Assembly: GCA_951406725.2 (NCBI GenBank)
Contig: OX597818.1
Span: 17,360,001-17,424,000, forward strand
Reading direction: 5' to 3'
From: Octopus vulgaris
Taxonomy: Eukaryota
DNA: 64,000 nucleotides
This document shows positions 12,915 to 25,314 of the stretch, in pieces. The notes below the pieces were generated by a model. The model was not told where the DNA came from. It saw nothing but the letters and a program-made list of their open reading frames with translations, and ran no database searches. How positions within the stretch are numbered: the stretch's first letter is position 1; each line of letters starts with the position of its first letter. The translations under genes and the position numbers were made by a program.

Positions 12915-13900
12915 GTAACATGAATATTTAATGTTGGGATTGTACGTACTCTGTTAAGTAAAAAAAGGGAATATTGGCCTGGAAGACGTATTTCATCTGA
13001 TCACGAACTGAACTGTTATAACAACACGCGCAGCTGCCCTTTCAGAGACTTTTTTATAAGGTGACGGTTAGCCTGAGATGGTTAGAGGTGGCTACACCTT
13101 TTTCTGGAAGGGAAAAACCAAAGGAAGAACGCAGGGAATATGACGTTGGTTTTGAAATTCGATCTGAAATCCTCACGAAGTTGGAGGATTTTCGTATCCC
13201 TATAAATTTCCGACTGATAATTCCTAATCTGCACTTGAGAGATGGGCGATTTACTACACTGATAAGTACCTGTGCTCCTGCTCTGACCATTTCTGATGAA
13301 GATGAAATAATTTTCTGTGTCCGACTGAGAGCTGTACTCAGGAAAATCCCCAAGTCAGACAAAGGTTGTTCTACGGGGATGATTTTAATTCCACGATTAG
13401 AACACATTGGCAAACAATAGAACTTAGTTGGATGTTTCAGTGTTAGAAGAGATGACTAGCAATGGTCACATGCTCATAGTGGTTTGCAATGAATATAGTC
13501 TTTACATTGCAAGTCCTCACTTCATGCACAAAGGTGCTCACGCAACAACACGGATGCATCCGAGCTCTAAGTGTTGGCACTTGAAGGATTACGTTATAAT
13601 TCGCAAGCGTGATATCTATAACATTTGTAATGTCCAATCCTTTCATGGATCGCAGTGTTGAACAGACCAGTGTTTGCATTTTGGAACAACTCAACTACCA
13701 GTACACAAGCCACACGAACTACTGTCTAGTCTCACACAGTTTGGTATCACACAAAAATTCATCAACATTTATGACTAAAGCTAACGCCAGAATATTAATA
13801 CTAATTAACTATAACGCAAAAGTTTAATATTTCATTAATAATATAAACTTTTGTAAGACTGTTTCACCGCACCCGCTGATCACCAATTACAATTTGGCAT
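12915..13900 (+). mobile_element. Decayed RTE (BovB-like) LINE, AP-endonuclease region
   Basis: KPKEERREYDVGFEIR..TTLISTCAP..LRKIPKSDK..ATTRMHPSSKCWHLKDYVIIRKRD match RTE endonuclease motifs (GVGF, AYAPT, HPRSKHWHLIDY). Frameshifted. Confidence 0.85.
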
Positions 13901-13959
13901 ATAACAAGGAGGTATTTCTTTCTTTTTTTTTTTTTTGTCAATGATAATTTCCTTCATAC

Positions 13960-14136
13960 AGTTCTATATTTAAAAGATGAGGAATTATGTACATTATTAA
14001 CATTATTTACATTTGACGGATATTTGTCCTCATCTTGTTTGTTGCTAACACGTTTCGGTTGATATAGCCTCCAGCCTTCACCAGGTGTCTTGGAGAAATT
14101 ACGAACCTGGGTTCTCATTCCTAAGGTATTTTTCGA

Positions 14137-14190
<54 letters not shown>

Positions 14191-14705
14191 CATTATTATT
14201 ATTATTCAGGTCACTGCTTGGAATCGAACTCAGAATCTTGGGGTTAGTAGCCCGCGCTCTTAACCCCAAGATTCCGAGTTCGATTCCAGGCAGTGACCTG
14301 AATAATAATATCTATTTCTTTATTACCCACAAGGGGCTGAACATAGAGGGGACAAACATGGACAGACATAGGTATTAAGTCGATTATATCGACCCCATTG
14401 CTTAACTGGTACTTAATTTATCGACCCCGAAAGGATGAAAGGCAAAGTCGACCTCGGCGGAATTTGAACTCACAACGTAACGGCAGACGAAATACCGCTA
14501 AGCATTTCGCCCGACCTGCTAACGATTCTGCTAGCTCGCCGCCTTCGAAAAATACCTTAGGAATGAGAACCCAGGTTCGACATTTCTCCAAGACACCTGA
14601 TGAAGGCTAGAGTGTATATCATCCGAAACGTTCTGTTAATAACAAACAATATGAGGACAAATATCCGTCAAATGTAAATAATATAAATAATATAGATAAT
14701 TTTCT
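13960..14705. mobile_element. Fold-back of the tRNA-head/hammerhead PLE terminus, with a SINE A inserted in the right arm (14311-14545)
   Basis: Minus arm 13960-14265 and plus arm 14261-14705 join at TAACC microhomology. B box GAGTTCGATTCC at 14276-14287. Confidence 0.85.
14592..14637 (+). ncRNA. Type-I hammerhead motif (stems mutated)
   Basis: GACAC-CTGATGA-AGGCTAG..CATCC-GAAA-CGTT-CTGTT; same family as 9673-9718. Confidence 0.65.
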
Positions 14706-15040
14706 TTTATACAAATTGAATTAAAATCCGTCTTATAGTTAGCTCTCTCTCTATACACACACACACATATATATACATATATGTATGCATGAATGCATGT
14801 ATCTGTGTATGAACGTATACATATGTAAGTAAATATATATATATATTTGGGTGAGTATATCACTAAATTATCCATAGCTTTTGTATTATCCTCTCAAATT
14901 ACACCAAAATCTCAGACAATAACAAATAATATCGTATTTATTGTCTGTGAAAATTTTAGAATATAAAACTACTTTGATAAAAACCTATACTTACTTTTCT
15001 GACGAAAACAATGCCGTTCTGAACATTTTGGCCGCAACTG

Positions 15041-15096
<56 letters not shown>

Positions 15097-15236
15097 AGTA
15101 ATTGAATGAATTATCTTATTAAGGATAATTCGAAAGATAACCGATACCTGGGTAGCAAATTCACATCAGAAAGAACACGGTTGAAGCTACGTTCCGAGAG
15201 CATAGACTACGTGTCTTCGTGCGAAAGTTTCCTTGA

Positions 15237-15318
15237 TCTTCCTGAAGAGAAATCTGCATAATGTACTCCTTATTCCTTCGGAATTAGGAATATGCAGCCT
15301 TCGAAACATATGTCGAGA
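15237..15318 (+). ncRNA. Type-I hammerhead ribozyme with extended stem II
   Basis: TTC-CTGAAGA-GAA..CTGCATA...TATGCAG..TTC-GAAA-CATAT-GTC^GAG; palindromic ACATATGT stem III. Cassette 15095-15380 lies between (TA)n tracts. Confidence 0.75.
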
Positions 15319-15438
15319 ATAAAGGATATTTGTTAACTAGTCGTTCAACTCCATTCTTTCATATACTTATAATTTTAAAATATATATATATATACATATA
15401 CTTTCTTTTATTCTTTTACTTGCATCAGTCAGTTACCT

Positions 15439-15543
<105 letters not shown>

Positions 15544-16105
15544 GAGAGAGAGAGAGAGAGAGAGATGTGTACCTAACAGAAAAATTGACGTATGCTAGAT
15601 GACCGTATTATAGATTATATACTCCTACAAAACATAAATAAATAAATAAATAAAACGGATAAATTTAAACGGGAGAGATAGATGAAGATATTCATTGGCA
15701 CTTGATGTCGATACAGCAATGCCGATATGTACAAGGACCTTAAGAGTACCTTCTTTAATATTTGAATATTGGTTCTTGTAGATGAAATGCAATTTCGGAT
15801 GCTTGCAATTTCAAAGTGGAAGGATTAGGCATAAATGCTTAGTGTAGAATCTTATAGAAGAAACACAGTTGAGTGACGTGAGTGGGAGAAATGAATGTTT
15901 CGAGTGATCTTGGGTAAAAATGTGTATGCATGTAGCTAGTTTCGTGGAGCAGAAGCCATGAATGTTCGATGAGAGGAAACAACAGGTTTGTAAACTAGTA
16001 GTTACAGTATGCTTCAATGAATCGTTGCTAATCAGTCACATGACCACTTTCTTTCCGATGTTTTGTGTGTATGTATGTATGTATGTATGTATGTATGTAT
16101 GTATG

Positions 16106-16136
<31 letters not shown>

Positions 16137-16153
16137 GTGTGTATGTATGTATG

Positions 16154-16780
16154 TCATTATTCAGTTTTATTTCACGATTTATTGCCAATAGAGAAAGAGT
16201 CGGTTTCTAACCTAGATCCAAGGCTCCTTCATTGAATTTTCAACGTCAACAGGGTATTTTTTTGCATATGTTGGTATATGTGCAGTATTCGGAATCAGTA
16301 CATGTGCAGATTTGTATGTTTTGTTTTATGTAATTATTCTCGTGTATATAGTTGCATGTCTTGGTATGCATACATATACTTGAATGATAAATTTCTGGAC
16401 AGTTTTGCAAATTATTACAGCTCCAGTGATGGCTTAAGTCTGTAATCTTGGAATCAGCTTTCTCCTCTCTGGCTTTGGGAAGCCTAATTTCTCGAGATTG
16501 GTACTTATACAGTGTGTTATATATCCCAGTATCCCAATAATTACATGAATAAAGCTGAACTTGTAATCTATGAGTAACTCAGTGTGTATGTGTGTGCATG
16601 TATCCGCGTGCGTATGAGTACGAAACGACAACACAGTATTTGTGCGTCTTGCTTAAACTTTGTAGAGGGGACAGTGGTTGATCAGGGCTGATGTATTTTC
16701 TAGTCTTAAGCAGAAAACTTAGACATTAGAATGCAATGTGACCAATATTAAATGTGTTACATTGGAAAGAGAAATCATCA
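16154..16780 (-). mobile_element. R4/Dong-type (restriction-like endonuclease) non-LTR element 3' fragment, ending in (CATA)n
   Basis: YKFSFIHVIIGILGYI..KLIPRLQT*AITGAVIICK resembles the R4 C-terminus (PVIIGALG..LQ..A..G). 3' end AAATAAAACTGAATAATGA runs into CATACATA. Confidence 0.65.
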
Positions 16781-17169
16781 AAGATTGTGCATATGCAATA
16801 CTTAAAAGATAGAAATTGAACATATACAAGTAACATAGTAAAGGAAAATTACCAAAACAGATATGATCAAATGATAGCTCTTCAGATTTCAAGAGTAGCA
16901 CTTATGATTTCAAAATCTGTTGCATCAGTTGGCACCGGATGGATTAAGGCCCCCAATTGGGCCATAGGACCCAGAGGGTTTGGGACCTTTCCTTGGTTTT
17001 TCAAAATTTAATGTATTTGAGGGCCACCGAGCATTTAATTGCTTTTAAGTCTTTATGAATCACGATCTGTTTCATTTTCGCTTACGTTTGCCAGTGATGG
17101 AAATGGAAAGAAGAATCAAGGATTTTTTATGCCAAATATGATATAATACACATGTGGATTAGGGGCAAA

Positions 17170-17450
17170 GGAAATGGTTGATCAGCCTCCCTATTCTCCT
17201 GATTTGGTCCTATCTAACAATCACCTGTTCCCCAACATTAAAAAAACACATGGCTGGGAACTAGCAACGCAGAGATGACGTCATATCTGCAACAGGTAGA
17301 AAGCTTCTTCACCAATGTGATTCAAGCACTACAACACCGATGGAGGAAGTGTGTGGACCGCAAGGGACCATGTTGAAAAATAAACCTCATTTGGTCACAT
17401 TGCATGAGAGTATCTTGGTCAACCAATGAACTTTTCAGCCTACTCTCATA
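17170..17450 (+). mobile_element. Mariner transposase 3' remnant with terminal repeat
   Basis: QPPYSPDLVLSNNHLFP..LQHRWRKCVDRKG; ends AACTTTTCAGCCTACTCTCATA. Confidence 0.8.
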
Positions 17451-17689
17451 AAGTGTTGGAATTCAACGACTTGTTATTAATTGAGCTCTTACCTACTGTG
17501 GATATATTTTTGATGTTTATATATCCATAAAATGTGTTAATGGCGAGAAAAATATTGAAAAACATCAATACATGTTAGCGTGACAAAGAAACGAGGAAGG
17601 TATCAAGTGGTCGTGAGATGTAATAGAAATAACAGCTAAATCCCCCTTAAATCACACACTTTTTCGTCTGAAAATTATTTTGAAATTAT

Positions 17690-18152
17690 AAACAGAAACA
17701 AATTGCACATTTTGTCCGCTGCATTTTAAAACAAATTTCCAAGAAAAACCGAAATTTTGGGATATATGGACGGTGGAGTTTCAGGTTGATTTTTAATTTC
17801 ACTATTGTTTTTAAATTACCTTTCTATTTCTATTTGAAAAAAGAGTAAGTGGGAATTATAATGGTGATCGCTGATTTCAATTTTTTTTCTCTTTTAACAT
17901 TCTCTCGTTTTTATATGCGTAGTGCAGAAGTGGACAAAATTGGTACTGAGTGGGAGTTTGAAAACATTAATAATTAAAAATTTTTTTTTTATAAAACGTT
18001 TCCCCCCATCATTTGCAAGGGTGTGGAAAGAAAAAAATTGAAAAATATCTCCGTCCAAACGGAGAAAATCCAACTTGTGTAGGTGTGCTATTCCGAAAGT
18101 CCGCCAAGTAATTTTATTGAGGAAATTACCCGGCAACGACGGGATATTCAGG

Positions 18153-18156
<4 letters not shown>
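17690..18156 (+). mobile_element. Probable Helitron remnant (3' end)
   Basis: Subterminal hairpin ACCCGGCAACGACGGGA then CAGGTAG|T, like the hairpin + CTAG end at 58178. 5' boundary uncertain. Confidence 0.4.
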
Positions 18157-18218
<62 letters not shown>

Positions 18219-18433
18219 GTGTGTGTGTGTGTTAATGTGTGTGTGTGTGTGTGTGTGTATCTCTTCTCTTTCTCTTTCTAATTTAGAGTAGATCTTGACT
18301 GACCACCTACTCAGTAGCAAGGTTGTGAAAGAAAGTATCTTGATTTAACCATCATCCTTTGTATGTATGTATGTATGTATGTATGTATGTATGTATGTAT
18401 GTATGTATGTACGTATGTATACATGTATGTATA

Positions 18434-18906
18434 TCATTATTCAGTTTATTTCAAGATTTCTTGTCAATAGAGAAAGAACCGCTTTCTACCCTGTTGTTGA
18501 TGTTGAAATTCCATCAATGGAATTTCAACATCAACAACAGGGTATTTTTGTTTGTGTGTATGTATGTATGTATGTATGTATGTATGTATCTATGTCTGTA
18601 TGTATGTATGTATGCATGTATGCATGTATGTATGCATGTATGCATGTATGTACGTATCTGCGTATGTACGTACGTACGTACGTATGTATGTATGTATGTA
18701 TGTATGTATGTATGTATGTATGTTTGCATGTATGTATGTATGTGCACAGTTGCATGCTTTATGCATGTATTCTTATGCATCTCGTTAAATATCTAGACAT
18801 GCTCATATATATTCAAATGGTAGACTTCTGGAAAGTTTTACAGATTTTTACAGTTCCAGTGATGGATTAGATCTGTAGTCTTCGAATTAGCTTTCTCCTT
18901 TCTGGC
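18434..18906 (-). mobile_element. Second copy of the (CATA)n-associated R4/Dong-type 3' end
   Basis: Homologous to 16154-16475 (ERRKLIRRLQI*SITGTVKICKTFQK). (TATG)n on both flanks. Confidence 0.7.
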
Positions 18907-19790
18907 TGTATGCATACATGCATGTATGTATGTATGTATGTATGTATGTATGTATGTATGTATGGTGCTTTCTATCATTACCTTCCACTGTCTTTCTCTT
19001 CTTCAATCTTCGTGCATCCTTCATTCTCTTGCTCGCTTATACATTATTTTAACATCAGTAAATACAAATGCAGTAGATTTTCATTGATATGATATAGTGA
19101 GTTGGGAAAATTTGGATCGACTGAGATGAAGCAAATCATTGGGTACTTCCTCTAGGGTGCTTAAAATCCAACAGTAACTTGTAAAGGAGACAATTCCATT
19201 AATATATGTTGGATAATGTAGACAATGCAAGTTGGATTGGATTGGGTGTTTCAATCGAACTGGTGAAAGCAGTGGATGTTTCAGTCTTATTGGACCTCAT
19301 CGACGTAATATATTCTAATCAAATGGCAAAGCTACACACACACATATGCACACATACACATACATACATGCACATACACACACAAACACACACACACACA
19401 CACACAAAACACACACACATATTTGGCGCAGAAATGCCAGTGCAGTAAGAAACATGCTTCCCAACTGGGTTCAGTACTACCTTGGGTAAGTGTCTTCTAC
19501 AATAACACCGAGTCGATCAAGGTTTCGTGAGTGGATTTAATACACTTAAGTATAAAAAGTCCTTCGTATATACGTCTGGAGAGGTGACTGTCTATAAGCT
19601 AGCGGTTCGGTAAAAGGTATTGTCAGAATAAGCACCAGGCTTTAAAAAATTAAGTACCAGCGTCGATTTGTTTGACTAAAACATTTCACGGCGGTGCCCC
19701 AGTATGACGGCAGACTAATGACTGAATCAAGTAAAACATGCATATGTATATGTACATCTATATATGTTTATACATACATGTATATATACA

Positions 19791-19821
<31 letters not shown>

Positions 19822-19827
<6 letters not shown>

Positions 19828-20145
19828 GTGCGTTCAAAAAGTATATGCGTGGACAAAATCTTATGGGTGAGGGTTCACGCCAACCTTCCTGCGCACGCTT
19901 GAAAATTTTCACTCCGGTAGACCGCATCAGTTCTCGACTGTTATGCGTAGAGTGCAGACGCGTAGTACGCGTTCGTCGGATTTTCGTTTTCAAACAAGAT
20001 GACCGAACATATTGAGCAGATACCATAAACCCATGTCTCATCACCAGTTATGATGGCCTTCATGAAGTTTGGGTCGTGGTTTGCATAGTCTAGCATGTCT
20101 TGAGAGACTTCCTTGCGGAGTTGCTTCTGCTGCATTGCCCTCACC
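19822..20145. mobile_element. Rearranged mariner remnant
   Basis: Plus: TIR-like ACGTGGTGCGTTCAAAAAG, 5' UTR and start MTEHIEQ. Then an inverted segment encoding DPNFMKAIITGDETWVYG (first catalytic Asp motif). Confidence 0.8.
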
Positions 20146-20287
20146 TTGGGGACGAATTGGAATGCTCAGGTCTTGTACTTGTTCCCATTTCGTGAACAAT
20201 TCCTGGATTGTTACACAAAGGCTTCCATGATTATTCACCGAACCTTCTCAATTGGTACACGCATTCACTTATATAGCCATATTTTTG

Positions 20288-21750
20288 ATATTGGGTTCAA
20301 ATTTTGGCACAAGTTCAGTATTTTCGTGGTGGAGTGAGGTGGGGCGAGAAAAAGTCGATTACATCAGCTCCAGTACTCAAGTGGTACTTATTTTAACGTC
20401 CCCGAAAGGATGAAAGACAAAGTCAACCGCCGTGGAATTTGAACTCAGAACGTAAAGACCGACGAAATGCTGCTAAGCATTTAGCCCGAAGTGCTAACGA
20501 TTATGTCGCTCGCTGCCTTCGAGATCATTAATATTCTTTTTTACTCTAGGCACAAGGCCTGAAATTTTGGGGGAGGGGGCAGTCGATTATATCGACCCCA
20601 GTACGGAACTGGTACTTAATTTATCGACCCCGAAAGTATGAAAGGCAAAGTCGACCTCGACGGAATTTGAACTCAGAACGTAAAGACAGACGAAATATGG
20701 CTAAGTATTTCGTCCAGCGTGCTAACGTTTATTTCTTTATTGCCCACAAGGGGCTAAACATAGAGGGGACAAACAAGGACATACAAAGAGATTAAGTCGA
20801 TTACATCGACTCCAGTGCACAAGTGATACTTAATTTATCGAGCCTGATAGGTTGAAAGGCCAAGTCGACCTCGGCGGAATTTGAACTCAGAACGTAGCGG
20901 CAGACGAAATACCACTAAGCATTTCGCCCCGGCGTGCTAACGTTTCTGCCAGCTCGCCGCCTTTCTATATCATTAATATTTATTTCTTTATTGCCAACAG
21001 GAGGATAAACATAGAAGGGACGAACAAGGACAGACAAAGGGATTAAGTCGATTGCATCGACGCTGGTGCGTAACTGGTAATTATTTAATCAACCCTGAAA
21101 GGATGAAAGGCAAAGTCGACCTCGGCGGAATTTGAACTCTGAACGTAGCGGCAGACGAAATACCTATTTCTTTACTATCCACAAGGGGCTAAACACAGAG
21201 AGGACAAACAAGGACAGACAAACGGATTAAGTCGGTTATATCGACCCCAGTGCGTAACTGGTACTTAATTTATCGGCCCCGAAAGGATGAAAGGCAAAGT
21301 CGACCTCGGGCGGAATTTGAACTCAGTGCGTAGCGGCAGACAAAATACGGCTACGCATTTCTCCCGGCGTGCTAACGTTTCTGCCAGCTCGCCGCCTTTC
21401 CATATCATTAATATTTATTCTTTTTATTGCCCACAGGGGGCTAAACATAGAAGGGACGAACAAGGAGGGACAAAGGGATTAAGTCGATTACATCGATGCC
21501 AATGCGTAACTGGTATTATTTAATCAGCCACGAAAGGATGAAAGGCAAAGTCGACCTCGGCCAAATTTGAACTCAGAACATAACGGCAGACGAAATACCT
21601 ATTTCTTTACTACCCACAAGGGGCTAAACACAGAGGGTACAAACAAGGACAGACAAACGGATTAAGTCGATTATATCGACCCCAGTGCAGACGAAATACT
21701 GCTAAGCATTTCGCCCGGCGTGCTAACATTTCTGCCAGCTCGCCACCTTT
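20288..21750 (-). mobile_element. Head-to-tail array of about eight full or partial SINE A units
   Basis: Repeated GAAAGGATGAAAGGCAAAGTCGACCTCGGCGGAATTTGAACTC cores. Spacer TTTC(C/T)ATATCATTAATATT recurs near 20962, 21397 and 21748. Confidence 0.9.
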
Positions 21751-22772
21751 CCATATCATTAATATTACCAACTATAATTAGCACTATATTACCTGTATTT
21801 CAGTATATATATTAAAGTACAAATTATATTGCATTCATTCTTGCAAACTCAAATATAATTTGTTGATGATTTCTTATAACAGGAAGTATGTCATTTGCTT
21901 TCACTATTTGGCTTTGAGCGTTCACTCTAGCCTTGATTTTAATTTAGTTGGGACTCTTTTGCTGCGCCAGATATTAAGCTGTTCCATAGACGTTTTTGCT
22001 ATGGCTAGCGTGTCCTAATTTCTTTATTACATGTGGCTTCACAATTCAACCTGTTGGAGCCTCTCACTACCCAGTTTGATAATACGATTTACTTACTTTT
22101 CCTACGAACATGACTTTTGTTTTCCTGTAGTTTTCAGATAAAATCCATGCGAATTTGATACCTACTCAACTCTATTTATCATTTCTAGAAACATGCAAGC
22201 CATGTATTTTGATGCCATTTTCTTCCTGTACTGCCTCTTACATTATTCACTCAGTGTAGGTGTTGAACAACCATAGAGGAAGAATGCGATTCTGACGAAC
22301 TCCTTTCCTACTTTTGAAATTTTCTGTGTTCTCATTATATATTCGAATAGAAGACTCTTGCTGGATGTCTAGTTGCTTGATGAGGAATGCCGAAACTAGA
22401 TATGATGCACCAAATGTGGCTAAAGTTTGCACAACCAGAGGCCTTTCTGTAGTCAAGGACAGTTGTTAGCCTGCGTGCTCTTGCTTTTTTTTTCTAACTA
22501 CAGGACTCTTGCTGGATGTCGAGTGCGAGCAATCTTTGGCCGGTAGGCGCTTATGATTGTGAAGTATAGACTCTGAACAAATTTGAAGAGAATATAATCA
22601 ATGCATTTGAAATACGTGTGTACAGGAAAATGTTACGAGTCTCTTGCAAGGGCCAGCGAACAAATGAATGGGTGTTATAACAAATAGATGAAAGACGACA
22701 ACTCCTAGACATCGTGAAAAAACAAAAGCTTATTTATTATGGCCATATTCGAAGAAGCAGAGGTTTGGAAAA

Positions 22773-23454
22773 TGTTATGGGAAAATCCTGAACACCCTCA
22801 CATGACTGAAGGTAAGAACTGAGTGAACTATCAGGTGGAGAGTTGGCGGTGTTAGTTTGACTGTATTTCATTCGTTATATGTTTTATGTAAAGGCAGCTA
22901 GCTGGCAGAAACGTTAGCACGCCGGGCGAAATGCGTAGCCGTATTTCGTCTGCCGTTACGTTCTGAGTTCAAATTCCGCCGAGGTCGAACTTTGCTTTTC
23001 ATCCTTTCGGGTCGATAAATTAAGTACCAGTTACGCACTGGGGTCGATGTAATCGACTTAATCCGTTTGTCTGTCCTTGTTTGTCTGTCCTTGTTTGTCC
23101 CCTCTGTATTTAGCCCCTTGTGGGTAGTAAAGAAATATATATGTTTTATGTACCCCACTGTGGTGTTTTGTCTGTCCATGTATCGTCCCTTCTTTGTATG
23201 AGCATGTGTGCTTAAAATAAAGAAATAGGTGTTAGTTCGACCGTGTTTGTTTACCATGTTAATTCGATGTGTGTTGGTTTAACAGTTGGTAGTTGAACAG
23301 TGAATACTGAGTATCGTACCTATGTTTGAGTAGTACGGAGTGCGTTCTGTGTTAACATGTATTTCTGCGATAGGTTATTTTTTAGATAACCTCAACCAAC
23401 TATTTATTTGTGTAATACCATTTTACACCAGACATGTATACCTACGCCATAACA
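22773..23454. mobile_element. Solo LTR (~420 bp after removing nested SINE and one TSD copy)
   Basis: Termini TGTTATGG...CCATAACA. 5-bp TSD GAAAA at 22768-22772 and 23455-23459. Interrupts the RTE frame between GLEN and IIMEG. Confidence 0.85.
22891..23137 (+). mobile_element. SINE A nested in the solo LTR
   Basis: 15-bp TSD TATATGTTTTATGTA at 22876-22890 and 23138-23152. Confidence 0.9.
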
Positions 23455-24419
23455 GAAAACATTATCATGGAAGGAAGAGAAAAGAATAGTAGATCAAGAG
23501 ACATGCAAATAACGCAATGGATGGACAATATCACAAGCTGGTTCGACAAAAGTGGCAAAGCTGCTGGAGAACTCGCGCTTAATTGAGGAGACTTTCTTTG
23601 TAGTATCATTAAAGTGCTACCGGCATAGGACATATGACGACAACGAATTGGCTATGAAGACCACCCCCAATCTGTATATTTTTTTTTTTTGCGAAAATAT
23701 TGATCGATTCATTTTTATGGATTTATCTTTTATTTGACTCCTTTAGATTTTAAATAATCTAGGAGGAAGTTTTTGCTTACTAATTGCAAATAGATTAGAA
23801 TTGTTCAGTAGATTAAAATTTTACACCTTTACTCACTGTATCTCACCTTATTAAAAATAGGCAAAGTCATCACTGTTTGATTCAGACGCTCGCTTTGCAA
23901 CCGCGTGGTTCCGGGTTCATTAACTCTGCGCAGCACCACGGGTGTCTTCTATTACAACACCGGTCAACCAATGTTTTTGTGAATGGATTTTGTCGACAGA
24001 AGCTGTGGACGCCCGCCGTGTGTGTGTGCGTGTGCGCGCGCGCCTATATCTTTGTGTCTGCATGTGTGTGTCTGTGTTTGTCACACCCCGTTACCGCTTT
24101 ACAACCAGTGTTGGTTTGTTTACGTTCCCGTACATTGACGGTCCAGCAACAATGACCGACAGAGTAAGTACAAGACTATTTTAAAAGAAATAAAAAACAA
24201 AACAAAACTGAGGTTAATTTGTTCGATAAAAACCGTTCAAGAGGATGCCTCCAGCATGCCCGTAGTCCAATGACTGAAACAAGACATAAAGGAATAACAA
24301 AAGATTTGTTCCTGTTGTGGTGGTTGCTGTGGTGGTAAAAAGAAGGTGGTACTTGCTACGGAGTCGGCAGTTATTTTGATAGTAGAAGTGAGGTGGAATT
24401 CTTGCCGCAGTTGTTCAGT

Positions 24420-25269
24420 CCTTCAGGTCAACCTTGAACCAAGCAGACCTATGACTGGAGACATTCTAGCCGTGACCATACCATATTTTATATTCCGACA
24501 CAATGTATATAACTGGTACTCCGTCGGTTACGACGACGAGGGTTCCAGCTGATCCAATCAATGGGAGATCTTGCTCGTGAAATTAACGTGCAAGTAGCTG
24601 AGCACTCCACAGACACACGTACCCTTAAAGTAGTTCTCAGGGAGATTCAGCGTGATACAGTATGTGATAAGGCTGGCCCTTTGAAATATAGGTACTTCTA
24701 ATTTTTTCAGCTATGTGGACCGGAGCAACGTGAAATGAAGTGTTTTGCTCAACGACAGAATGCGTCGCCGGGAATTGAACTCGTGACCTTGCAATCGTTT
24801 GCCGAATGCCCAATACATAATGCCAAGCACTTTCACACAATGTATATATGAACTGCATAATCCAGTTGCAATAATGTTGTCGTTCTTGTTCTTGTTCAAT
24901 CAATCCCGGTTCAAAGCTGAACCAGCAACTTATGATCAAAATCATTCCATCCGTGACCATCACAACTTTTATGCCGACATAGTGTATCTATGATTATTAT
25001 CCAATTGCAGTGTCTTTTGTTGTTGTTGTTGTTGTTATTGTTGCCATCGGTGATGTTGTTTAACCCTATGCCGACCCTGAGGACCGCTAGATTATGGCCT
25101 TCCAACAGCGACCGTCACGACTCATTTATTTCTGGAATAGCGTACTCCGAGCTACGTTAAATAACGCGACTTCTTAAGATGGTAGAATATAACTTCAGAG
25201 AGATTTGACTGCTATTTCTCGCAGATCGAACGGCCATATTGACGAGGGTAGGCCTCGTACACGGTATCT

Positions 25270-25314
<45 letters not shown>

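Larger units (their letters stand above)
21915..23650. mobile_element. Decayed RTE LINE with inverted 5' segment
   Basis: Minus 22500-21915: KGVRQNRILPLWLFNTYTE..LAIAKTSMEQLNIW. Plus from ~22522: VRAIF..AFEIRVYRKMLRV..YYGHIRRSRGLEN|IIMEG..QWMDNI. Confidence 0.8.

Noticed and set aside
20288-21750. CRISPR-like repeat-spacer appearance
   Set aside because: The units are SINE copies with A/B-box heads in eukaryotic DNA; there are no unique spacers and no cas genes.
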